From the NCBI GenBank assembly GCA_048013815.1, contig CM106586.1, positions 18,476,001 through 18,540,000 of the forward strand: 64,000 nt of DNA. Reading direction: 5' to 3'. A program made the position numbers and the translations under genes. The DNA is from Setoptus koraiensis (taxonomy: Eukaryota > Animalia > Arthropoda). Below the pieces are notes generated by a model. That model saw only the letters and a program-made list of their open reading frames with translations. It did not search any database and was not told the origin of the DNA. This document shows, piece after piece, positions 53,172-64,000 of this stretch (its first letter is position 1; each line of letters starts with the position of its first letter).

Positions 53172-56100
53172 AACAACAGCAACTACAATGGTTACAACAA
53201 GAAGGCATCAAGGTGCTCATTATCGCCCTCGTCTTCGCTGTCTTCCGCCTCTAGCGACACCCAACTGCATCACAGGCAGCAGCCGGCCAATCATATGCAA
53301 ATGCAGATGCACCACTCGCAACAGCTGACACTGACAGCGGCAAGTGACACTAATCAGCTGATGGGCTGCAATGCGCAAGCGCCATCACAAAAGCTGCATT
53401 GCAAGTTGCACAACAGCAACAGCAACAACAACAACACCAACAACAACAGCAGCAACAACGGCAAGTGTCAAATGTCGCCCAATGACAACATCAAGTTTAT
53501 AGCCAATCAGAGAGTCTCAAAAGTATTAAAAGTGGCAAGCGGTGGTTGCAGTCAGCAGCAGCAGCATCAGTTGTTGCGCAACAGCAACAGTTCGGATGGC
53601 AAGTGTTGCAACATGCATGTGATGCCGCAGCCGCAGCAGCAGCAGCGCCATCATGCAAAAGTGAGCCAACTCAATCAGAGTCAGCCGGCGTCACACAGCC
53701 AATTACAGTACCAGAAATGCAGTTACGCAACAGGCAACGGAGTTGCGAAACTGTCGCAACTGGAACAACAACAGCAGCAACAGCAACAACAACAACAACA
53801 ACAACAACAGCGACAAGCGCAGCCGAAGCAGTTGGCGCCCTCACCGCTGGCCACAACAACGTTTTGCGCAAACGCGAATGCGGGGGCGAAACAGGGCGCA
53901 ACAAGGCAAGTATTACTCATTGTGTTGTCGTCTGGTCGTCGTTTTATTTTCATTTTATATTTTATCCATTGTGGCAATCGATTTGTGTTTTGAATCAAGC
54001 GGCCGCCTGATCAAACCAGCAAACGGGCGCCAGTTTGATGGTGCGATCATCTGATCGTCTGATGGTCTGATCATTCAATCACTCGATCATTTGATTATTG
54101 GCATGCACATTAGGAACTAGACACCACGAATTGCGCAACAACGAAACAAGTGTCCGTTGTTTTTGGCAATTGCCCATCATTGCGGCCGTCGCTCATTGTG
54201 AGCTTATGCGCATGTAATTGTTTGCTAAATCGCTGGCTAAATCTCCATTCAGTGCTATCCGACGCCGTCCAGCGCCATTCCGTGCTATTTAATGCTATTG
54301 TTGTCAATATAAACGGTTATCCGCAATTTGTGAATCGCAAGCCAGCGAGAGTCAGCCAGCGAGAGTCGGCCAGCGATAGGCAGCCAAAGAGAGAGAGATT
54401 TGTCTTTCGCTTGTTGTTGTTACGTGATTGGCGCCAAATTGTTGCCAACTGCCGCCGACTGTTGCCGTTGTGTCAATGTTTGATCAATCGATGTTGCGCA
54501 ATCTCACATTGTCAGTGGCACTGGCAGCGCTCGGCTCTCGGGCCGCCAGTCTCGGGCCGCCAGTCTCGGGCCGCCAGTCTCGGGCCGCCAGTCTCGGGCC
54601 GGGGGCTTGATTGATTGGACGGGCCGCAAGCGAGCCGCCGACGCTCGGACACTTGGCTCGCCGATGCTTGCCCGTTGGCTCGTTCAGCCGGGCCGAACAT
54701 CGGCGAGCCGTGCCGAGATTGAGCGGCCGAGGGATGAGCCAGCAACGGCAACAGTTGCTGGCCAGAGCGAGTTTGCGTTTCGCAGCGCTTATCGCTTGTC
54801 GCACATTCATATATATTTTTAACTGGCCGGCCGCCAGGTGAGCCGGCATCGGGCGAGCCGAGTGCCAGAGTGAGCCGAGCGAGCCGAGTGAGCCAGTTAA
54901 GCGAGTTACTTAGAGCCACTACGGCCAGCCAAGCCAACAGCCAGATAAAGTGAGCGCTGCCGGACAACAAACCTTTCGACAACAATCAGCCCAGTGCCAA
55001 GATCAGGCACACAGATTAGCCAGTCACAGAGATGCTATCTAGCCGGCTAGGGCTGTTATTGCGTAATGCCTGTTACGCAAACACAAGGCTCACCCGAGGC
55101 TGGCTCACCTGAAGCTGGCTCGCTCGACGGCCGAAGCTGGCCGAACGGCGCAACCAAGTGGCCAGCGACGGGGCGAAAGTAAAGGAAGCGAGTAGGCAGC
55201 ACTGAATGGATAGGATAATTAGCGTCCAATTGGCGCTGTGTGGCTCAACCGTCGAGATTCACGTCAGTTTGCGATCATCAGCAAGCGACTGTTGATCGAG
55301 CGATGCCCAACATGCCTCGTCGTAATGAGATTTTGTCCAGCGCACACACACACACACACACACGCCGTTACCTGTGCCGTTTGCTGTCGATTGGTGGCTC
55401 CGCGGCGGCTCCACTGCAGCCAGCTTGATTGGAGGCTTGATTGGAGGCCGAACGGCCGGACAGTGGGATTGCGCGCCGAGCGAGAGTTTATCGCAAGTTT
55501 ATCACGCCAATAACGGCAACAAGCGCATTAATGGCGAGCGCAACAACAAACAGCGACACGCCAGAATCTCCCAATTCGGCCATTGCACACCGGCAATCGC
55601 ACACTCGAATTGCACACCGGCAATCGCACATTGGCGATTGGCCGCTCGCAATTGCACAGTCCGAAATGGCCATTCGCAACGGAAAGCAATGATACAGTCG
55701 GCTGCCGACGGTGTATATTGCGCTGACCAGCGGGCCAGTCGGCATCGCACGGCCGAGCGGCCGTTTCGCAAATCGACTGCGAGAAGCGGGCGCAGAGATC
55801 ATGCTCGCGAAAGGGGGCGCCTCAATCAAATCAAATCGGCCCGACTGTTTTCATTTGATAGTGCGCACATTTTCATAGCAGTTGGCTCTGGCTGCGTGTG
55901 CAAACATCGGCCGATAATCGCTGACCAGTGATGATCGCTGACGGATCGCGATTGCCGCTCGCCGGCCAGCGATAAATCATCGCAAGCCGAGCGATCGCAA
56001 GCCGATCGGCGACCCGACTCGGCGCTTCGGCCACTCGGCGGCTCGGCCACTCGGCGGCTCGGCCACTCGGCGAGCGACTGAAATTGCGCCGGGCCATGCC

Positions 56101-58438
56101 GACAGAGTCTGTCGGGCAGAGTCTGTCGGCCGGACTGTGCCGGACGGTGCCGCATATTCGGCAGTGTGGCGAGACGGGCTAAATTTAGTCGATTTGCATG
56201 ATTGATGAACAGCGCGCCCGGCGAGCCGCAACTCGTGATCGGCTGGCCGCCAGCGCCAGTGACACCGGCTCACGAGGCCCGCCGCCCGCCGCCCGCCGCC
56301 TGTGCCCATTCCCAGCGCCGTGATGGATCCCTCGGCCGGTCACGACCGCGCCGTCGCAGCCCGAGCCGCCGGCAAGGCCCAAATGCCCATGGCGAGCGAC
56401 GCCACAAATGCTAAACGCCACAAATCGAGAAACGCCGAACATGCCGCAAATGGCAGAAATGGCAGAAATGCCGCAAATGGCAGAAATGGCAGAAATGGCA
56501 GAAATTTCTCTCGGCCGGCCACCCCGGACAGCCTGAGAAACGGGCGGCCGCTTGTCAGGTTTATCGGTTTATCAATTATCGTCTATTTGTTGTGAGTCGC
56601 GCTCGTTGCAAAGGGCGCCCTTTCGTGCGATCCCTCAGCGGTGCCCATTGTGACTGGCAATTTGTGAGCGGTCGTATCGCTTGTGAGCGGTCGTATCGCG
56701 CTCGCCGGCGATCGATCAATCAATCCGAGCGATTGTGCGATCTCTCACATTGATCTCTCACAGCTCAATGTCGGCTTGAAACAGTCGCCCGTCATCTGGC
56801 TGGCACGCCAGCGATCCCTTTCACGGGCTGCCAATTGGAAACGGCTTCCAATTGGCGGCCGACAGTTATTCAATAACACTTGTTTGCGCTCAATCGAATT
56901 AATTATCTCGCCGTCGCTCTCTCAAGTCGAGACGCTCAACTCGCGAGCCGCTGTGATTGGCCGGCCGGCTGGCCAGATATGATAGCCAGATATTGTGTCT
57001 ATTATCTCCTTGACCTGCATCACTTTCGCTCGCTCTGGCATGATCGCGCTGAAGGCCCCTCTTCGTTGGCCGGCCCGATCCATTGTGACTGCTCGTTGGC
57101 GAGCGCAAGTCATGAGTCGCCTTTCGGACGCACTGTTTTTCAACAATCTGTCTGAAACCATTCACACTCCGAATTGTGTTGAATCGTTGAATTGTGTTGA
57201 ATTGTTGAATCGCGTTGAATCGCGTTGAATCGCGCTGTTTTGACGAATGCACAAGTGCAACAACAAAGCGCCCAACTCGCATTAGATTGAACGTGCCTCG
57301 CAAATAATTGAAGGGCTCTCGCCAAATCAAATTAGGTCAAGCTCAACAAACTGCAGCAAAAGTGCCGCCGTAATTTCTTTTAAAATCTCTCTCAATCTTT
57401 TAGAATTGTTGCGAAAATAAAGCAGCTTTTGCTGGCAACCAACAACAACAACAGCGCGATAATGATCGCACTATCGGCAACAATGCCACCGACTCCCAAT
57501 GCTGATAATGACTCACTAATGGACCCATTAGCGTCCATTGGCCGCTATTATCGGCTCGCACAGTGTGGCATTATTATTTAATATTATTTGTTAGCTTGAA
57601 TTTGTTAGTTTGAATTTGTTAGTTTGAATTTGTTAGTGTGATTTGGCGAGCCGAATTGCGCCGGCCCAAATATAATGTTAACTAATTGCTCGATCAATTA
57701 CAAATGCCCTTTGTTCGTCGCTCACCTGTATTTGCGAGTGCGTGTGTTTGCTTTTCATTAATAACTTACCTGTGGCTCTGCTCTCCCTATGCCCCAATCG
57801 ACACCAACAACCGCAACGACAACAACAACGACGACGACAACAACGGCAACGACGCCAACCGCAACAACGACAACAGGTACGGACGCCTTAATAAATGCAA
57901 AACGGCTGCTAATTGTTGTCAGGCGTCCATGGTTGTGAGCTCGTCAACGACAACAACGACAACAACGGCACCACCAATGCTCGCTAACAACTGCAATGAC
58001 CCCATGACGCAACAGCAGCATGAGCAGCAGCAGCAGCCGCCGGCGCCGCTCGGGACAGTGCAACCGTTTGAGATTGCGACCATTAGTCATCAGGCGCAAA
58101 CGCACGATCACCACCTGTCGGGCAAGTGCGTCGGGCCGGCGGGATTGTGCGCTGTACCGGCGCCCTTGAACAGTCGGCAGTCGTCACTGACGCTGTCCAC
58201 CTTCTCGCCAAACACCACCTCTAAACAACAACAGCAGCAGCAGCCGGGTCCGAAGGGCGGACTTCCGGTGGCGGTGGGCACGGTGCAGCCGGCGCAAGTT
58301 CAGGCCAAGGTTCCCAAGCCGCCGCCCCTACTCGCCGCCGCCTTAATTAGCGAGATCAGCATGAATGGCGCCGCGGCGCCGCTCGACAATGGACATGCCG
58401 GTCACCATCATAATCACCATCTTGGTTGCCAGCAACAA

Positions 58439-58470
<32 letters not shown>

Positions 58471-59093
58471 ACAACAGAGGATTACGCAACAGCCGGCGCA
58501 ATCAGCGAGATTGCGCGCAATGACAAAGGTCAATAACGGACCAGCCACTTCCGGCGGCCTGCTGACGCAAGCGGCTCCGCTGGGCTTTGTCGACGAGCTT
58601 AAATTGCTGGCACAACGATGCAAACAGCAGCAATCATCGTCGAAGCATCACGACGGCGGCGGCGGCGCCGCCGCCAGTTGCAATAATGGCGCTGCCATCG
58701 GGGCCAGTGTCGACCAGCAGCAGCAGCAAAGCAAACATAATCAGCTGCAAAATGGGTGGCAGCAACAACAACAGCAACAACAGCAACAACAGCAGCAACA
58801 ACAGCAGCAACAACAACAGCAACAACAACAGCAACAACAACAGCAACAACGACACAACAATCGGCCGTTATTAAGCGAGCAAGCGGCTAATGACGACGAC
58901 TACGATGATTGCGTTCTCTTGTTGCCGTCCAAAATAAAGCGCACGGCGGCCGAACAAGCGGCACAACAACAACAACAGCAACAACAACAGTCGCTGTTGT
59001 GCGCAGGTCATCACATGACGCAATCAAGAGCCCCCATGAGCGACAAGGAACAGTCACAATTGGAGGCGGCCAACGTAAAGCGACGCCAACACG
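41819..59093 (+). CDS. USH1C: Harmonin/USH1C-like PDZ scaffold, 3'-incomplete. Exons 41819-41975, 47239-47318, 48013-49649, 49928-53905, 57877-59093 (>2,350 codons)
   Basis: Spliced PDZ1: KLRHVRLRQQTNKKLGFSLRG|GRDYGTSVGVYVSDVEPNSEADKKGLK|IGDQILQVNGYNVAQAIHDEVIKLIR...LLPVQDGLGAPVKW (harmonin-type post-PDZ1 LIPV...PLTW extension). PDZ2 at ~50718-50985: FGCGVVKGPADFPGIFVQSIRPGSIAERSGLEIGDQI...GAALELF. All junction phases match. The last two junctions are less certain. Confidence 0.82.
54536..54600. repeat. Tandem 14-mer array (TCTCGGGCCGCCAG)x4.6
   Basis: Four exact copies plus a partial copy. Confidence 0.95.
58760..58849 (+). repeat. Coding CAA/CAG tract, 30 Gln, in the harmonin-like exon
   Basis: 90 nt of CAA/CAG in frame. 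Confidence 0.9.
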
Positions 59094-62000
59094 GTAAGCG
59101 ATCCACATCCACATCATAATCCATATCTCACCTTCGCTCACTCACCTGTTGCCCTCTTTGCGCGTTTGTGCGTTTGTGTCACTCGACCAGTTTGCGCGAC
59201 TGTCTTGCGCGACTGTCCGCTTGCCAGACCGTCTGTCACTTTTCGGGACCGTCCGTCTGTTTTCGAGACCATCCGTCTGATTGCGACCGGCCGGCTGGCC
59301 GCTGGCGGCCCGGCAGCGACAAGCGCCGGCCACGATTTCATGCAATGTTTGCGCTCATGACTCATTGTTGACCGGCGTCGTGAAACTCTCTCTCTCTCTC
59401 ACTACCGTGCGCGCTGCCACTTTTCTCGCTACCCGGCCACCCGCTCGCAAGGGTCGCCCGGTGTCCGCTCGCAAGGGTCGCCCGGGTGTCCGCTAACAAA
59501 TGCGACCGCCCCGCCTCGCTCGGGAAAATGCGGCTCGGCCGGGCGCGCCGGCGGCCCGAGCGAGTCGCGACTGAACAGCTGAGCAACTGGGCAACCGAAG
59601 GCGCCGCTCGGTCTCGCTCGGTCGGTGTCGTGGGAGAAATAGGCCATGCATGGCAAATTGGATTTAGCGTCGTTGGTGGAAATTCAATTCGTGAGTCATT
59701 AGTGCGCCATCAGTATTGCGCCTCCACTGCGCCGACCGGGCCGACTGTGGCGGCGGCGGCGGCCACGGTCAGTACGGTCAGCGCGGCCGGTGCGGCCGGC
59801 GCAGCATCCACGGCGAGCGTAGTAACCGTGGCCGGCGTAGTAACCATGGCAACGGTGGCCAGCATCGCAGCATCGCCGCATCGCGGCACCGCGGCATCGC
59901 AAGCTTGCCAACTGTTGCGCAATGCACCGAGTGGCCGCCATTGTTGACGGCCACTCGTTGGATTTGGATCGGATATTTGTGTTTGTGTGTGTTTAAAGGA
60001 GCGCATAGTGTGCTTAAGCGCACCATGAGTCACACATTACGCAAGTCGTTGCGCAACTGACAGCCGCACTGATTGCAGTGCGCCGGCGATGAGGCCGACG
60101 GCGACAGGCGATGCCGTCGCCGTAATGGCAGCGGCCACGCCAACTACCGCGGCAACAGCGACTGCAGCAGCAACAACCGACGCAACAGCAACAACCAGAG
60201 CAACTGCAACAACCGGCGAGCACGACGGCGACGCTAGCGACGCCGGAGTGCAGCGGCTCGAATCGAGTCCACGGCTGTCCGGCGCGGATCGGACGGCTCG
60301 CCGGCCCGCTAATGAGCTCGCCGGCGAGCGGCTCTAACGAGGTTGTTTGTTCATTGTCGTCGGAAAGAGACATTAGCCGCGCATTGGCTATTATCGTTGG
60401 CAAAGTGGAGCACACCGTTTCACTTGCGCCGTTGTCGTTGCTTCTGTTGTCGTTTGCGTTGTCGTTTGCGTTGTCGTTGTTTGTGTTGTTGTTGTCGCTG
60501 TTTGTGTTGTCGCTGTTTGTGTTGTTGTTGCTTGTGTTGTTGCTTGTGTTGTTGTTTGTGTTGTTGCTTGTGTTGTTGCTTGTGTTGTTGCACTGCAGCG
60601 ACGAGCCGGCCCAAGCATGGCAATGATTTCGGCCAGACACAAACAAACGCGACAGGTAAACACGGCCGAGCGTTTTTTGCTGGCTTCACTTTTTCAGCTG
60701 AGCGTGGCCGATGATGGATTGATCTGACTTGTGATCCATCCATTCAATGTTGCACTACAATGCCGCTCACAATGCCGGCCCCGTTGTGCCAAATGAGCTT
60801 GTTAGTGGCAAGTTAGCAAGGCCAATTCAATTGCCAACAACGACTGGCTGCCAACTTTTGATATATTTATTTTATCTGTGCGCTCTCTTTTTTATTATCA
60901 TCATCTTAGCGTTTATTTGATGGCGCACTGCAAAACTGCCCCCCGTTTAGCCGCTGCGAGCGCCGCTTATCCACCGTCATCCACGGTCGATCTCCGCGGC
61001 TCGCCCGGTGCGAGCGGTCCGACCAAGCGGCTCGCCCGGTGCGAGCGGGGTCGCTTCCACTGGCAGCACAGACAGAGAGAGAGAGAGAGAGAGACGGCTA
61101 AAAATAGCCGCCCCATTGAAGCGTGCCCGCGCTGGTCAGCGGAGATAATATTATCGTTATTAGGACGCTAATAACGGCACACGAAACTCGCTTGGCTCGG
61201 CCACATTTGATTCGTGTAAATTTCAAATTAAATCGCATCGCTGTCCACTGACGCCAGCTTGAGCGGCTCACTCAATCTGACATAATGGCTAAATGGCCAT
61301 TATGCTGCCACACTGACAATTGTGAATTGTGAATTGTGAATTGAGAATTGTGAATTGTATGCCAATGGCTTGTGTGAATCATGACAATTATTTCAATCCG
61401 TTTGATGGGTCGCTCTTGCGCCACTCGCTCGCATAAACAAGCCGCCGCCGCAACTCGCTTGTTACAGCTGATTAGTCACTGGCCAAAACTGTTGTTGCGT
61501 AACTGTCTTGCCGGGCACGTTGTTGTGTTGTGGCGCCGTTGTGTGACGTTATGTAATGGCCATAAACTGACGGTGGCCTGTCGCACTGGCCGCCGGTCGC
61601 AATAGATGCGGCCGGCGCGACCCCTGTCGGCCAATCTCGCTCGTTTGGAGTGTCCAAATTGGAGAGCAGTGAGTGAACACACATGAGATTGTCAGAAACA
61701 AGCGACAAGAAATAAAAATAGATATGCAAACGATGTGCTGCATGCGTGTGAGAGAATGCTTGCCGGCGCTTGAGAACGCCGCCCGCGAACGCCGGCACAG
61801 GACGATGCCCGAGCCAGAGATTTTAGAGATTTATCACGGTTTACAGTTATGGTTTTGGTCACATGAAGCGTGCGATTTAACCAATTCAAAACAAACCACT
61901 GGCGTGAGAGAGTGTGAAAAGGGCCCAAGCAAACGCAACGGCGCACTCGCCGAACCGCTTCGCCAAAACGCATTTGCATATCAGCTGTTGATGTTGTTTG

Positions 62001-62190
62001 TGCTCACCTGTCGATGTTGTTTGTGCTCACCTGTCGACGTTGTTTGTGTTCGCCTGTCGCTGTTTGTGCTCGCCTGTGTCGGTCACTGGCTCGCCCGGCC
62101 GGCCGGCGACAAGTGCAATGCGCATGCGATGACACACAATGTCATCAAGCGCATGTGTCATGCAATTAAATGTGTCAACTGGCTGTTGTG

Positions 62191-62252
62191 TGACGCAACA
62201 ACCAGCTTGACAGCAATCAGCTGACGCAACAACCAGCTTGACAGCAATCAGC
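62191..62252. repeat. Exact 31-bp tandem duplication
   Basis: TGACGCAACAACCAGCTTGACAGCAATCAGC twice. Confidence 0.95.
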
Positions 62253-62640
62253 TGGCGAGAGCGTCTCGAGAATGTCGACTCGAGATGGAGACACAACGGC
62301 CAGTGTGTTATGTCATCATAATGTGAGTTGTATGTAGATGAGTGAGGCAACTAATGCGACTCGCAACACGACCAATCAAACGCGGCCAACATCAGCATAA
62401 AAACACAACAGCAACAACAACAGCGACTGTAATAACAACAACGACAGCACAACAGCGCCGAGGTGCGACGGTGACGTAATAGTAACGTAACAGGTGAGTT
62501 GTCGGCTGTTGCAGTGCGCCGATGCGGAAGTGGCGACAACGCTAATGAATAAAGAGAGCGAGCGAAGAAGCGCCGCCGAGTAGTCAGGCGACTAATCACA
62601 TTTGCTCGCATCAGTGGCGACATTGAACCGGCCGAGGGTT

Positions 62641-62736
62641 GTCGATGGTTGCCGATGGTTGCCAATGGTTGCCGATGGTTGCCGATTGTTGCCGATTGTT
62701 GGCGATTGTTGGCGATTGTTGGCGATTGTTGGCGAT
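62641..62736. repeat. Tandem 10-mer array with graded drift, ~10 copies
   Basis: gtcgatggtt > gccgatggtt > gccgattgtt > ggcgattgtt along the array. Confidence 0.93.
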
Positions 62737-64000
62737 CAGTGGTTGTCGATGGCCGACAATGGCGCCGCATCGGCTGACAGCCGGCGACACGGCGACAAAA
62801 CGCCAGCGTCTGGCCGCCGACTCCAGCCTGGCCAGTCGGCGCTGGCCAGTCGGCGATGGCGAGACTCGGGCCAATGGCGACACTCGAGATAATAACCAGC
62901 GAGAGAGATGTCAACAAATGTGGCGGGCGTAAACGGCGATTGTTGGCCGCCACCGATCGAGCCGCTGTCCGGTTTGTCCCTGTCTGTAAGTGTGTGAATT
63001 AATTCCAGCCGACCGTCTGTAATCGCCGGCCAGTGTGGTCAATGGTCAATGGTCAGCAGTCGATCGAGCGAGCGCCGTCCATCGATCGGGCATCGCGGCC
63101 GTGCCTCGATCTAGGCCGGCCGAGAAACTGGAGCGGCTGCTCCGGTCTCGTTGCTGCACTCGAGCGCCGTCCGCACTCGGTCCGCACAAACGGACGCCGG
63201 AACACAATGGAGCGGCGCGGCAATTTCGAGCAGGTAGAGTTCACTTTTAAATTAGTGTCACAAATTTAAAGTGGCACCGGCCGAGAGCGCGCTTGCCGCG
63301 ATGCCCGCTCGGCCGTTCCCGAGCGCCTCCACTTCGCTCCAATGTCGGCTCGAATTCGCTCCAATCTTGCCGCGATCTCGCCCGATCGCGCCTCGAAGCC
63401 GCTCCAATCTCGCTTCGGTCTCGGGTCGAGCCTGCCCCGAGCGCAAGCCAGAGCCCCAGCGCGCCACGCCAGGCCTGCAGCCAGCAAAACGGTATAAATA
63501 AATATATAATGTATAACACGCCGGCGACATATCGACGATTTGCACAAGCTGTGATTGAATCGCCAAGCGCCACCGTCATGCGAACACAATTGTTTCTCGA
63601 GTGGCCACCGTCCGGCCGACCCGAATTGTCTCGCCGGCTCACCGGCCGGCGGACGGTCTCGGCGGCCGGCGGACGGTCTCGGCGGCTCACTGGCTCGGCG
63701 GCCAACCGTGCCCTGTCGTGACGCCACGCAAACGCAAATGAGACGACAATCAGCGACAGCCAATCGGGTCCGGCCGGCAACCTGTCGCCGGCCAACTGTG
63801 TGAGCGGGCCGTCGCCGAGCCGACCGCATCGGCCTAATTAGTACTTGTGCGCGCCACACACCATTCCCAGCGGTCGAGACCACTCTGGCAAGGCGCAAAG
63901 CCGCTCGTCTCGAGTGCTCGAACCGTCTCACAATCGCGGAGCGTCGCGCATTTGAATGAAATTCAAAATTAAATGCCCGCTCGGCTTGGCTTGACATTGC

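Noticed and set aside
59094-64000. Next harmonin exon (PDZ3) or a separate gene, e.g. ORFs 60089-60337 and 63266-63997
   Set aside because: No PDZ motif or phase-compatible exon found; region treated as probable intron.

Overview
Eukaryotic, arthropod DNA; the intron-poor, microsatellite-rich style suggests a compact mite genome (inference only, species not determinable). Genes, left to right: the 3' part of an ARHGAP20-like RhoGAP (+), a 397-aa coiled-coil protein with a NuMA/Mud-like tail motif (-), NSE4 (+), an ITP/CHH-family neuropeptide (+), a ~4.25-kb genomic palindrome carrying RPL10> <H3.3 | H3.3> <RPL10, HEXIM (+), SLC37A4 (-), and a greatly expanded harmonin/USH1C-like PDZ gene (+) that is still open at its 3' end. 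Most ORF-track entries are artefacts of CAA/GTT, CA and other repeats. Most notable observations: (1) the palindrome arms are identical over RPL10 and H3.3 transcribed sequence but diverged between and around them, which suggests arm-to-arm gene conversion; (2) a ~250-270-bp sequence upstream of H3.3 recurs upstream of HEXIM; (3) HEXIM has PSNT instead of the conserved PYNT motif; (4) the NuMA-like protein is very short; (5) splice signals are unusual, with AACAG acceptors, a probable GC-AG intron and a recurrent GCTCACCTGT motif; (6) short tandem 'stutter' duplications pervade the large introns. No rRNA, tRNA or CRISPR array could be supported. All alignments were done by eye.
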